Shown here in pieces: positions 39,838 through 53,939 of a stretch of 64,000 nucleotides of DNA. Positions within the stretch are counted from its first letter, which is position 1; every line of letters starts with the position of its first letter. The translations under genes and the position numbers were made by a program. The notes beneath the pieces were generated by a model. It was given only the letters and a program-made list of their open reading frames with translations, was not told where the DNA came from and searched no databases. Origin of the DNA: Octopus vulgaris (taxonomy: Eukaryota); assembly GCA_951406725.2 (NCBI GenBank), contig OX597831.1:22320001-22384000 (forward strand). The letters are read 5' to 3'.

Positions 39838-40275
39838 ATATATTTATACAGACATGAACGAGTAAGTAGTTATATCCATTGGACCACATGCTAAAGCTAC
39901 AACATAAAGACTGGCAAGAAATGGTATTAACATGTTCCAAACAGACATGTGCCAAACAAGGTACATGACAACGGCCAAGTCAAAATTATCTGGGATTTGT
40001 CTTTCCAAGCTGACAAAGAAATAAAAGATGATCGACCAGATGTAAAAACCAAGGGTTGGGGGGAAAAAGCACCTGCTTGCTAATAGACATTACAGTTCCT
40101 TCTGGCGAAAATATTGTTCAAAAAGAAGTGGAGAAATTGTTAAAGTACAAAGACCTCGACATTGATGTTTTCAAGACGTAGGACATACAGGTGAAAACAA
40201 TATCAGTAATAACTGTAGCATTATGCGTGATAAAAAATAAGGCCTATGAACAAATACGCAGGAGCTATAATTGGA
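39838..40275 (+). pseudogene. R4/Dong-like LINE restriction-like endonuclease relic
   Basis: WDLSFQADKEIKDDRPDV...CLLIDITVP..NIVQKEVEKLLKYKDL (PD...D/E..K..KY). Confidence 0.8.
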
Positions 40276-41126
40276 AAATATTCGTCAAACGACAATCGAA
40301 CTGGCAGAGTAAACAGAATGCTCCTACACTGCCACAGAGAAGCATCTTCACTCGATGGGAAAGGTTCAGAAGTATGGAGCATGGGTTCCGCATGCTTTAA
40401 ACAAAAATCAACGAGCCACAATCTCCGCTTGTTTGTTTGCTCGACACCACTCAACTCATTGACACAAGCAACGATTTCTCTTTCTCTACCGAATCGTTAC
40501 TGGCGACGAAAAATGGTGCTTGTACATCAATATGAAGCAGCGTAAGAATGGCTTAGCCACGGTTAACAAGCAACACCGCGCGTGAAACAAGATCTTCATC
40601 CGCGTAAAACGATGTTGTGCGTATGGTGGGAATTGCTTGAACGGAACCAAACGGTCAACGCGGAACTCAATGTTCAATAGATGGAACGACTCAACACGGC
40701 TATTCAAGAGAAAAGACCTAATCGGCAGTATGGAGTTTTTCTGCTGCACGACAACGCCCACCCTCATATCGCCAATATGACCAAAGAAGCCATTCAAAGG
40801 TATGGCTGGGAAGTGCTGCCACACCCACCGTACTCTCCTGATTTGGCACCAATGGATTTCCGCCTCTTTTGATCTCTTTCAAATGCTATGCTTGGAGTTT
40901 CGTTCAATACTGATGCAGAATTGAGAGCTTGGTTGGATCAATTTTTCGAGTCGAAATCGGCTGATTTCTACCAACGAGGTATTGAAAATCTTGTTAAACG
41001 TTGGGAAGAAGTTGTAAACAACAAGGGTGAATACATTATTGATTAATAAGTTGTTATTTTTTGTATTAAACCTTTAAAAAATTTAAATTAAAAAAAAAAC
41101 GGTGGGTATTAGTTGCCAACCTAATA
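40276..41126 (+). mobile_element. Degenerate mariner (DD34D) transposon, 3' part with right TIR
   Basis: RIVTGDEKW, LHPRKTMLCVWW, LHDNAHPH and HPPYSPDLAPMDF motifs; ends ...TTAGTTGCCAACCTAA-TA. Confidence 0.88.
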
Positions 41127-41354
41127 TTAATCACCACAATTGTTCCGACCCATCTAGCATCGATCCCTCGCTAGTGGAATATTTAACATATCGGTTAACA
41201 TTAAAGCTTACAGGAGCATCGGACGGTGCAGATATGTCTATTTATCGCTCGAAGAGACACATCTGCACCGTCGGATGCTCCTAAACCATGTGTTAAATAT
41301 TCCATTCGTGAGGGATCGATGCTAGATGGATCGAAATAATTGTAGTGGTTAATA
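41125..41354. repeat. 230-bp fold-back element (MITE-like)
   Basis: CCATCTAGCATCGATCCCTC / GAGGGATCGATGCTAGATGG and AGGAGCATC.GACGGTGCAGAT / ATCTGCACCGTC.GATGCTCCT; near full-length palindrome. Confidence 0.88.
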
Positions 41355-41899
41355 AAAGTTCTCGTATCTTCCATCTGCCGTCTCCCATTAACCAAATGCA
41401 CACAAACGTGCGCGCACGCGCGTGGACGAATGTCACAATGTTTTCGTCTACCAAGCTCACAAATCATTGGTTGGTTAGAGGTTCTATGAGAAAACATTTG
41501 CCGAAGGTTCCACACACTGCAACTGAACCCGAAAGCATGAGATTTCAAAGCGAGCGTCTTAACCGCACAGCTATGTCTATGATTATAAATATATACGATT
41601 ATAGTTTAAAATAATCCCAGCCATTCCTATTATAGATTTTATCTTCGATGAATTAAACTGGCTGTTAAATGAATTGTGTAGGGTTGAATAAGGATAATGG
41701 AAAAAGGAAAATTTACACTCTTCATAAAGAACTCGTTGTCCTAAATCCGATATAGTTAGATTTAACACAGTGTCGCGTGTCGGATATGATATAAACAGCG
41801 ACCTATTACAACGGGTAGAGAAAAATATTAGAAGTCAAAGAAACACGGACTGATTAGTTTCGTAAAGCGAGTTGGGAAAGAAATCTTTATGTATGAGGT

Positions 41900-42620
41900 A
41901 ACGTCGGTAAAATATCAACTAGAATCTACGTAAAATAAAAATGGTTTTGTGATAAGAACAAAACAATGGAAACGGTAAAAATATCAAGAGAACAGAAGTT
42001 TAAAATCAAAGCAGAAGTGAAAAAAACGAAAATAATTATAAAAAGATATAAATACAAAAGCGAAAGTGGAAGAGAAGCCATCAAGGTTTGGATCAAAGGT
42101 GAAAATACAAGGTTTGATATTATCAACCGAACATCAATGGCTAAATACAAACTCCCAGCCAAGAAAAAAAATGGAAAGCGAAAGAGAATATATTAAAACA
42201 AGAGATTAACGCCAATTACAGATTATAGATAAAAAAAAATGATAATCAATCACACGATTTTCTAGCTACCTATCCTTCCTTCAAAGAAACAGAATATATT
42301 CATAGACATGAGTGGGTCGGCAGATATATCTATAGGGAAATATACTGATATATCTGAATGACAAGCGAAGATAAGTAGTAGAATCACGCACCAATCTCGC
42401 TGTGTGATAATAACATGGTTGTTTTAATCTGGGATATGCCTGTCTAAACTGACAAGAAAATCAAAACGAAGCGTCTAAATATCATATTCAAAGATGGAAA
42501 TGAAGAGCTAAGCCACACTGATATACATCTATGTATCTCTTCACAACTAAGCCATCTCTTCAGAAGAATGTTGAAAAGCTATCAAAGTAGGACATCGAAG
42601 TGGGAATAAGTAAGTAGGAG
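41900..42620 (+). pseudogene. Heavily decayed R4/Dong-like LINE C-terminus
   Basis: YIHRHEWVGRYIYREI and LIWDMPV*TDKKIKTKRLNIIFKD resemble the CCHC-to-endonuclease region. Confidence 0.55.
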
Positions 42621-43209
42621 AATCTGAATGACATCAATGGTAACTGGTGCATAATGAATGGTAACTAAAAGCAAAACAAAGCAAAACAAAACAAAAAAAA
42701 AAACACGAATAGGAACGGTAAAAGAAGCAAAATATTTCATGGCTTAAAAGAAATGTAATATAGAAATATAATAAACAAGAATATCGCCGTAACAGGGAGT
42801 GGCACATTTTTTTTTTGAAGCACAGCGCTTTTAATTTAGTAACGCACACATACACAAAGGCAACACATATTCTGAAAATTATATAATTTAGAAACACAAC
42901 GCATATATATACATACACACGCAACGCATATTCTATACACTCGTTATTATTCAGCATGCACACGTGCACAAACACACCCACACATACACACACACATAAA
43001 CATATACACATACGGGCGCATGCAACGTATATAGTCTAAGCAACCGTATGGTTTAATAACGGAACTCACACGAAACACATACAATGTAACCCATCTCATT
43101 AGTACACCCGAGAATTGAATATAATGAGCTCATTACCGTTTTCAAATGTTTTTAGCCCTTCTGGCCAATAACAGAAATCATCATCATCATCGCGCCAATA
43201 GTGCAAAAG

Positions 43210-43210
<1 letters not shown>

Positions 43211-43259
<49 letters not shown>

Positions 43260-43314
43260 AACAGTAACAACAACAACTACTACTACTACTACTACTACTA
43301 CAACAACAACAACA

Positions 43315-43349
<35 letters not shown>

Positions 43350-43371
43350 AACAACAACAACAACAACAACA

Positions 43372-43425
<54 letters not shown>

Positions 43426-43450
43426 GCTACTACTACTACTGCTGCTGCTA
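43211..43450. repeat. (CTA)n/(CAA)n microsatellite
   Basis: Direct inspection. Confidence 0.95.
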
Positions 43451-43455
43451 TAAAG

Positions 43456-43632
43456 TCGGCAAGCTGGAAGAATTGTCAGCGCGCCAGGTAAAATGTTTAG
43501 CGGTGTTTCGTTTGTCCCTATGTTCTGAGCTCAAATTCCGTCGAAGTCGACTTTGCCTTTCATCCTTTCAGGGTCGAAAAATTAAGCATCAGCGAAGCAA
43601 CGGGATCGATGTACTCGACTATCGCCCTCCCC
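43456..43632 (+). mobile_element. SINE family C, diverged
   Basis: TTCTGAGCTCAAATTCCGTCGAAGTCGACTTTGCCTTTCATCCTTTC. Confidence 0.7.
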
Positions 43633-43688
43633 ACCAAATATATAATACCTTTTATATATTTATACATTTATATACATTTATATATTTT

Positions 43689-44149
43689 CTCTGCCAGTTC
43701 TATTGTCGTTTGACGAGAATTTTCCAATTATAGCTCCTGCGTTTTTGTTCATAGGCCTTATTTTTTATCACGCATAATGCTACAGTTATTATTGATATTG
43801 TTTTCACCTGTATGTCCTACGTCTTGAAAACATCAATGTCGAGGTCTTTGTATTTTAACAATTTCTCCACTTCTTTTTGAACAATATTTTCGCCAGAAGG
43901 AACTGTAATGTCTTTTAGCAAGCAGGTGTTTTTTTTTCCAACCCTTGGTTATTACATCTGGTCGATCATCTTTTATTTCTTTGTCACCTTGGAAAAACAA
44001 ATCCCAGATAATTTTGGCTTGGTCGTTGTCATGTTTGGCACATGTCTGTTTGGAACATGTTAATACCATTTCTTGCCAGTTATGTTGCAGCTTTAGCATG
44101 TGATCCAGTGGATATAACTACTAACTCGTTCATGTCTGTATAAATATAT
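43689..44149 (-). repeat. Inverted duplicate of ~39838-40309 (R4-like relic plus mariner junction)
   Basis: Colinear reverse-complement match with scattered substitutions and small indels. Confidence 0.85.
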
Positions 44150-44176
44150 AAAATAATATCATATTAATCCACTAAT

Positions 44177-44294
<118 letters not shown>

Positions 44295-44764
44295 TTCAAC
44301 AAAAATTTAGATTCAAATGAATATAGTACTTAATTTAGATGCACCAGAATTCTGTATGGTGTTATCCATATAAATCCGTGGGGTGATTATAATCAAAATA
44401 AGCAACAAGAATGACTCCGGTAATTTGGTACGATCGTTTCGTACTACATCATTTTATTAAATGCTATAACTATTACAACGGTTTTAAAATTATAGAGGTT
44501 TTCCATTAATACAAAATTTTCATATCAAGTGGCAACATTATAGAGAAGGTAGATATATAGACAAAGATGTGGATTTAAATTTTAAGAACATTTGAGGTAG
44601 TGGAGCCCATCAACTGACTGATATATATATATATATATATATTACGATGAGGAAAAAATCGTGCACCACATTAAAGTAATGCATGTAAAAAATATATTGT
44701 TGTGGTGTGTATGTTCATTCAGTTCATGTCATGTTCAGTGGTGACTCACTTTTTCCCCAACCTA

Positions 44765-44915
<151 letters not shown>

Positions 44916-45071
44916 TATACATCTATATATGTATTTATAAACATATAGACCTACATATATATATATACCGGAGTAAACACATAAATGTGAAACAAGGTGG
45001 AAAAACGAGTACTCAAATACCAGTGGTAGAGTCATATGCTTTATTTAAAGCAGCAGAAAATTCTACAAAAC

Positions 45072-45109
45072 CTGTTACTCTGAGTTTCACGTTGCCGTTC
45101 ATCGGACAG
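45072..45109 (-). ncRNA. Minimal type I hammerhead (variant core CCGAUGA)
   Basis: CUGU-CCGAUGA-ACG(GCAA)CGU-GAAA-CUCAGAG-UA-ACAG; all three stems pair; stem III is quasi-palindromic. Confidence 0.7.
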
Positions 45110-45241
45110 TTTTTGCTAGAATAGAACCGATATGTCAATTCTATCCAGACTAGTATAAACGCTACACCTTTAAACATGGACTTGTTTGATTGGTCCTTTA
45201 CAAATAACGGTCAATTTTCGAGCGATAAACAAAAATGAGCT

Positions 45242-45296
<55 letters not shown>

Positions 45297-45344
45297 TATA
45301 AAATTCGAGGAAAAAACCTTACATCTAATCTTTGGTTAAAATAC

Positions 45345-45395
<51 letters not shown>

Positions 45396-45787
45396 CACAC
45401 ACATTCACACACACACAGGAACACACACACACACACATATATATGACGGGCTTATATGTTCACGTCGGTCTCTTTTCAATTACCTTTTACCAGATGCATT
45501 TACAAGGCTTTATTCGCCCCCCCTCCACCCACCCAAGGTAAATAATACAGTGGTAGAGGACACTTACCTAGTTTGCAATGAGGTGGGACTGAACCCAGAA
45601 CCGTTAGGTTGGGCAGCAAACGCCTTGTCTAACAACAACACGAACGCCTATTCTTACCACACAGCAACGCCTCTACCTATATCGCCGTCTCCTACCATAA
45701 ATAACACTTAATACACAACCATTTTCCCTATTCAGTAACACAACTTACACAACACATATGTTACACCAAGACCAAATATTATGTTTC

Positions 45788-45819
<32 letters not shown>

Positions 45820-46197
45820 ATTTGAAGGCCACATTAAATATATTGTAGCTTGAAAAGTCACATTAAAGGAAATTCTATTAAATATAAGGAAAATGTAATT
45901 ATATTTTATTGTGAAAATGTAATTATCGATATAGCATTAATAAATACAAATGAAATCTGACCTTTTATTGTCCTACATATACTTGTGTATTTATGTATAT
46001 GAGTGTTTGAGTGTGTGTGTGTTCCACTGTGTCTTTGTGTGTGTGTGTGTGTGTGTGTGTGTGAGTGATTAAAAGGTCAGTTTACTTACATTTATATTAA
46101 TGTAATGTTATATAATATTTATGACTATTGTATTTCGTATATATAATACATATATAAATAATAATATATACATATACATATATGTATATATATATAC

Positions 46198-46238
<41 letters not shown>

Positions 46239-46497
46239 ATAATATATATATTACTATATATACATGTGTGTATATATGTATCATATATATATAAATAGTA
46301 TATTTTATAATATATACATATACATATGTATGTGTGTTTACACACACACATATATGTATCTATATATATATTTATATATGCATTATACGTACATACACCA
46401 GTGCAGACGCACACATAATATATATTCAATGAATACCTATTGAATTATTGTGTAAAAAATAACATTTAAAACTGGGCAGTTAATGCTTTGATATATA

Positions 46498-46561
<64 letters not shown>

Positions 46562-46599
46562 CACGTACATATACACACGCACGCGTCAAGGTCACCAGC

Positions 46600-46915
46600 C
46601 CTATTGCACACACATACGTACTCTCTTATACACACGCACGCGAGCCTTCGTTTTGGGATCACCACTATTTTATTATCTCCCCTTATTCCTAGCTCACACA
46701 TGTAACCCCTCTGTCTGTCATTCGCCATGATAGATCGCTAACCACTACACATTCTTTATTTTGTCTCCTTATTTCTTTCTATATTCCTGTCTGGAAGAGC
46801 GTAGGCTCGAAACGTTAAAGTATTCTTCTCTTCCCGAGAGTTTAACTAATACATCTGTTTGTTGTCTACACCACCTGTCTTCGTCTTTTCTTTTTTGTGA
46901 ATTCTCCCCCCTGTA
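46600..46915 (+). mobile_element. PLE pLTR-like fragment with a decayed minimal hammerhead (~46787-46820)
   Basis: CTGGAA-GAGC(GTAG)GCTC-GAAA-CGTT-AAAG resembles 32150-32184, but the core is broken. Confidence 0.5.
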
Positions 46916-46919
46916 TATA

Positions 46920-47327
46920 CTCTTTACTCTTTTACTCTTTTACTTGTTTCAGTCATTTGACTGCGGCCATGCTGGAGCACCGCCTTTAGTCGAGCAACTC
47001 GACCTCGGGACTTATTCTTTGTAAGCCCAGTACTTATTCTATCGGGGTCTTTTGCCGAACCGCTAAGTGACGGGAACGTAAACACACCAGCATCGGTTGT
47101 CAAGCAATGCTAGGGAGACAAACACAGACACACAAACACATACAAACACATATATATATACATATATACGACAGGCTTCTTTCAGTTTCCGTCTACCAAA
47201 TCCACTCACAAGGCATTGGTCGGCCCGGGGCTATAGCAGAAGACACTTGTCCAAGATGCCACGCAGTGGGACTGAACCCGGAACCATGTGGTTGGTTAGC
47301 AAGCTACTTACCGCACTGCCACTCCTC
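46920..47327 (-). mobile_element. SINE family A, near full length
   Basis: Match to 37143-37563. Confidence 0.88.
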
Positions 47328-47983
47328 CCAATTGACTGGCCCCCTCCCCCATAATTTTGGGCCTTGTGCCTAGAGTTGACAAGAATACAACAACCAACGT
47401 ACTTATTAAACCCAGTCATCTCTTAGTACTTTAAAGCTTTACAGCACAAGGTTATGAAGGGAAACTTTTTAGTCGCTCGATCTACTAAAAATAGCGGACA
47501 AATTTTCCTTAGATCACATCGTGCTGTCATATAAAATATGCATTTGATAATGCTGTCCTAGATCAGTCGACAATTGCTATCCCTCTGCTTTGGACGGTAA
47601 ATGCCGAAGAGGTTTGGTGCGTTTTGGGTGTTCAGAAAAGAACATGAGATTTTCTCTTACAAATAATATATGAAAACCGCTTCAAGCGGTGAGCTGATAG
47701 AATTGTTAGGGTATCGGGTTGAAATGCTGCCGACGTTGGCGTCAATTGGCTTTCATCCTTTCGGGGTCGATAAAATAAATTACCTGTTGAACACAGGTGT
47801 CGATTTAATCGATTCAGCACCTGCCCTGAAATTTTTTGCCTTGTGATAAAAATTTGATACCAATACGTCGAAACCAGGTACAATACATATTAAATTAAAC
47901 ACATTTTCCAAAAATCTTTGCTAGCAAGAACACAGTGTTTTAAGGAGCAAAAACATTATTCATGATGTATCAAAGACCCCACC

Positions 47984-48391
47984 AATAGGATTTCGTTAGT
48001 CCTTGCCTTCTTTAATATAAGACAATATGGATAATGAAGCAGTGTGCAAAATTGTTTGATTAAAATATCTTTTATCCTGAGTTTTCTTTTCTTTGCCAAC
48101 GTGCGGTGGGGTTGCTTGCAAAATGTCAATCGGTGAAAAATAAAGCGAAAATATACGCTGAGCTACTGAAAAATGAGTAAGCTTATATCCTAGATACGCA
48201 ATCTGAAAAGTAAAAGATGGAATAGTCACGAGTGGAACGCCCTAAATTAAAAAGCGGAAAAAATCTCTTCTAGATACAGTCTGAAAAAATAAAAGATAAC
48301 ATGGTCACGACTGGAACGCCTTTAATCAAAATATGGAGAAATACTGTCCAAGATATATAATTTGAAATATAGGTGGATTAGTTACGGTTGG
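47984..48391. repeat. ~410-bp direct repeat, copy 1 (copy 2 at ~51844-52252)
   Basis: AATAGGATTTCGTTAGTCCTTGC...GGATTAGTTACGGTTGGA nearly identical in both. Confidence 0.9.
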
Positions 48392-48866
48392 ATCCCCCTT
48401 CGATCGACGTCTGATCTGGGGCTAGCTAAATAAAGACAGCAGCAACAACAACAAGCATAATGACATGACGTCATACGAATGAATGCACCGCTTCTAGGGG
48501 AAATGTTGACGAAGATACACAATTAATTGGAGCTTGATATAACATTACAATGATAATATTGTTGTTGCTTAATAAATTATTTGCTTTCAACGCGGCTACG
48601 ATTCTCACTTACTATTTAGATCTGATCATGTTACACGAAACACAATAAACTTATCATATTGTCTTTCTGTCTGTCTGTCTCTCTCCCTCTCTTCTGCTTC
48701 GAACAGTTATTTGGTTTGAGGCTAAAAGAAAATGGCTGCAGCGTATTTCTTTTGTACGCCATTGTGAAGAGTTACACATTTTAACAATCGACTAAATATT
48801 ATATACATTTTTAAATATAATTAATTAGTAGATATTGTTATTGTTGTTGCCGAAGAATAGCAGCGG

Positions 48867-48867
<1 letters not shown>

Positions 48868-48954
<87 letters not shown>

Positions 48955-49124
48955 GTTGTTGTTGTTGTTGTTGTTGTTATTATTGTTGTTATTATTATTA
49001 TTGTTGTTATTATCATTATTATTATTATTATTATTTTATCAACATCATCATCATCGTCGTCGTCGTCATCATCATCATCATCATCATCATTATTAAAAAG
49101 AATAAATTATTATTATTATTATTG

Positions 49125-49171
<47 letters not shown>

Positions 49172-49287
49172 TTTATCATCATCATCATCATCGTCGTCGT
49201 CATCATCATCATTATCATCATCATCATTATCATTATTATTATTATCAACATCATCATCATCATCGTCGTTGTCGTCGTCGTCATCAG

Positions 49288-49374
<87 letters not shown>

Positions 49375-49592
49375 TTATTATTATTATTATTGTTGTTGTT
49401 ATTATTATTATTATTATTATTTTATCAACATCATCATCATCATCGCCGTTGTCATCATCATTATTATCATTATTATTATCATCCTCCTCCTCCTCATCAT
49501 CATCATCCTCATCATCATCATCATCATCATCATCTTCATCATCATCTTCATCATCATCATCATCATCATTATTATCATTGTCACTACTATTA
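48868..49592. repeat. (ATT)n/(GTT)n/(CAT)n compound microsatellite
   Basis: Direct inspection. Confidence 0.95.
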
Positions 49593-49955
49593 TCTCTTTC
49601 CAGTAGTCTTCTGCGACTTTTTTTTCACTGTACATTAAGCGAGTATTTCAGTGCTCTAGAGATGTACACGGCATTGTCTGTTGATAATGTATCCGCGTTA
49701 CGTAATATTTAGAATTTTTTTCTCTGCTTTGTTCTGAAAAAAGAAAACGTTTTCATTATTAGGAAGTGACAGTATGGCATATATTTTGTGTGAGTGGTGA
49801 TTGCGTAGAATACGTGTTGTGTAGAATCTGTACTTTTGTACAGGGTGGTGACTGAGTATATATGATCATAAATATCGTAACATATGTCATAGAGCATTTA
49901 TCCTATACTATAACCTCCTAATAATATGATTCAAGGGCTTAATTCTATTCTATCC

Positions 49956-50053
<98 letters not shown>

Positions 50054-50073
50054 ATATATATATATATCAATCC

Positions 50074-50129
<56 letters not shown>

Positions 50130-50171
50130 GTCTGTCTGTCTACCTGTCTATGTATTTATTTGTCTGTCTAT

Positions 50172-50259
<88 letters not shown>

Positions 50260-50599
50260 GTATGTATGTATGTATGTATGTATGTATGTATGTATGTATG
50301 AATAACTTAGAATAACTTAGAAAGGTTTTGACCAGTATTGGCCCAGGCCATGTCTAACTTAATAGCACCACCTGGCAATGTATGTATGTATGTATCTATC
50401 TATCTATCTATCTATTTATTTATCTATCTATCTATCTGTCTATCTAATTAGCTAGCTGTTTGTCAATCTATCTATATCTGAATGTATGTATGTATGTATG
50501 TATGTATGTATGTGTGTGCGTGCGTGCGTGTGTTTTTGTGTGTGTATGTGACTTGCTTTGTGAGATAAATTCGTTCAATTTCCATTTGTTTCAAGCCTT

Positions 50600-51760
50600 A
50601 TTTTTCATCAACAGCTTCAACAAATAAATTTATCACATATTTTCCTTCATTGTTCACGGCTTCTTGCCAACGTACCACTGTCTTGTCACTGCCCAAATCG
50701 TAGAAATCACTTGGTCTTGACTCGAAAAATTGATCGATCCACCTTTTCAGCTGCCCATTGTTGTTAAATGAAATGCCTCGCAGACTGTTGGAAAGAGACC
50801 AAAAAGTGATAATCTGAGGGCGCTGTACCAAGAGAATACGGTGAGGGCGGTTAAACTGTCCAACTGAACTCTTAAATAATATTTTGATCAATTAACAACG
50901 TGTAGTAGGACGAGTGTTGTCGCGTTGAACAAGCACTCAGCGTCGCTGGTCGGTTCGTTTCCGTTAGATTGCATCGTTGAGCCGGAACATTTAATCAATG
51001 TAATGCGCTACATTGAACGCGTGGTTGTATCCAAACATTTTGTAGTAGATTAGCCCTTCTCAGTCCCATCAAATGCAGATCATTGTCTTGTGTGAATGCA
51101 GATCTAGCTTGGCTCGAGATGTTGTTTTGCTGGTCAGTATTCCGCCGTTCTTTCCTCTGCTTGATATTGACGTAAAGTGGAGGCGCAATGGCCCAGTGGT
51201 TAGGGCAGCGGACTCGCGGTCGTAGGATCGCGGTTTCGATTCCCAGACCGGGCGTTGTGAGTGTTTATTGAGTGAAAACACCTAAAGCTCCACGAGGCTC
51301 CAGCAGGGGATGGTGGTGATCCCTGCTGTACTCTTTCACCACAACTTTCTCTCACTCTTACTTCCTGTTTCTGTTGTACCTGTATTTCAAAGGGCCGGCC
51401 TTGTCACACTCTGTGTCACGCTGAATATCCCCGAGAACTACGTTTAAGGGTACACGTGTCTGTGGAGTGCTCAGCCACTTGCATGTTAATTTCACGAGCA
51501 GGCTGTTCTGTTGAACGTATCAGCTGGGACCCTCGTCGTCGTAACCGACGTATTGCTCCTATTGACGTAAAGACACCAGATTTTTTTTATCGCCGGTGAT
51601 CATACGGTAAAGAAATATTTGTGTCAACGAATAACCGAGCAAAAAACTGGTAGAAGGACAAAGAAATTGGTAGCAAAGGAACTCGTAGAAGGGCGCTGGG
51701 GTTTGTATCTTTCGTTTCGAGTACATGTCTCACATGCATCAGGTTTTTAGAGCTCACTCA
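50600..51760 (-). pseudogene. Decayed mariner transposase interrupted by a SINE
   Basis: ITGDKK(I)WCLYVN, LHSHKTMICI*WD and WSLSNSLRGISFNN...WIDQFFESRPSDFY; homologous to 40276-41126. Confidence 0.75.
51178..51559 (+). mobile_element. SINE family B, full length
   Basis: 13-bp TSD TATTGACGTAAAG at 51165-51177 and 51560-51572. Confidence 0.92.
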
Positions 51761-51843
51761 TCGAGTGAAGGTGACGGGCAACAGCATCATAATGCATCTC
51801 ATCTGTTTGGTAAATTCCTAAGGACTGTATCAAGGACTCCACT

Positions 51844-52252
51844 AATAGGATTTCGTTAGTCCTTGCTTTCTTTAATATAAGACAATATGGATAATGAAGC
51901 AGTGTGCAAAATTGTTTGATTAGAATATCTTTAATCCTGAGTTTTCTTTTCTTTGCCAACGTGCGGTGGGGGTTGCTTGCAAAATGTCAATCGGTGAAAA
52001 ATAAAGCGAAAATATACGCCGAGCTACTGAAAAATGAGTAAGCTTATATCCTAGATACGCAATCTGAAAAGTAAAAGATGGAATAGTCACGAGTGGAACG
52101 CCCTAAATTAAAGAGTGGGGAAAGTCTCTTCTAGATACAGTCTGAAAAAATAAAAGATAACATGGTTACGACTGGAACGCCTTTAATCAAAATATGGAGA
52201 AATACTGTCCAAGATATATAATTTGAAATATAGGTGGATTAGTTACGGTTGG
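51844..52252. repeat. ~410-bp direct repeat, copy 2
   Basis: Match to 47984-48391. Confidence 0.9.
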
Positions 52253-52846
52253 AGCAGATGCTCGTGGATGAACTAGTTTGATCACTTCTTATTGAACTGA
52301 AAAAAAATTCGCCAGAACGTCGATTGTCTGTGAGGTTGAATTTCCTCTCCTTGGAGTACGAAAGTGTCTCGATCGATTTTGGCAGCTTTGGAATTTTGAA
52401 TGAAGACGAAGGAAAGCAGGTGTCAAAAAAATGTTAATTCTGTTTGTTTGTGTTCTACTTGGCACTCGATCGTCACATGTCTGGTAAAAAAAAAAAAGAA
52501 GGTAAAATTAATTCAAACTTCAAAAACGATAAACAAAAGTTGTGGAGAATAGTTACAAGAAGAGCTGTAATGCATTGCGATAAAAATAATTCTTGAGTTA
52601 TTTCAGATAACATAGGAAAGAAACAAGTTCACGTGACAATGCCATATGTATATATATATATATATATATATATCGGCCGACGCAGGCGATAGCTTTTTAA
52701 AGGCGGTGCTCCAGCATGGCCGCAGTCAAAATGACTGAAACAAGTAAAAGAATAGAATAAAAGAATAAAGAATATATATGTGTGTGTGTGTGTGCCTGTG
52801 TATGTGTGTGCCTGTGTGTGTGCGTGTGTGTGCGTGTGTATATGTG

Positions 52847-52894
<48 letters not shown>

Positions 52895-52912
52895 CGCGTG
52901 TGTTTGTGTGTG

Positions 52913-52953
<41 letters not shown>

Positions 52954-53939
52954 GTTTATATATATATGTGTGTATGTATGTATGTATATGTGCATACATA
53001 TGTATGGTCATACTCGAATTGCTCCAGTCTGGAACAACCCCAAGAAAAACACTAAGCTAAGGCCACTACATTCCTTGGAAGAAAGAATATACGAAAACAA
53101 GGACGGAAAAAACGGAGAAATGGTACACAAATACAAATAACAGGACAATAACAACGGGTATCTTTCGACTAAGGACGAATTAAATTAAGCTGGCGTGTGT
53201 GCGTGTGTGTAAGTAGAGCATAGCGGCAGGAGTATAAGATTTGACAGGCATAGAGAGGAATATAGAAGTTGCACTGATGGTAGTCTAACCAAGAAAGAAA
53301 GATCAGGTTTGGCCGAACATCAGTCACGTGGGGAGAGAAGAGAGATAGATAGAGGCAGAAGGACAGAAGAATTAAGGAGGGGCGAGAAAAAAATGAAAGT
53401 GAAGTGAAAGAGGGGAAAATGTGAATATGAAGAGATGGCCAGGAAATGTGAGAGAGGGGAAACGAAAGAACGAAGAGTGGAATGAATGAAGTAAGTGTGA
53501 AGGGGCTGATAGAAAGAAGGAAAGAATGAAAGAATGACATACATGATGGGCTTCTTTCAGTTTCCCCTGTACCAAATCCATTTACAACGGCTGGACAGCT
53601 CGAAGCTATATTCGAAAACACTTATCCAAGGAACAACAGTGGGATAGAACCCAGGACCATGGGACTGGGGAATACATTTCTTACAACACAGACACGCATG
53701 TGACATAAAATGAATGAAAATAACAAAAAAAGCAATTTGTAATGGAATTGTCTCGAACTTGTCTCGCAGTTTGAGTGTGTGTGTGCGTGTGTCTGTGTGT
53801 ATATGTGTGCGTGCATGTCTGTCTGTATATATGTGCGTGAGACTGCGTGATACACAGAATTGCCTCGCACTGGTCTCCATCAGTCAGTCTGTCTGTCTGT
53901 CTGTTTTTATCATTATGTCTCCGCACACACAATCACGCT

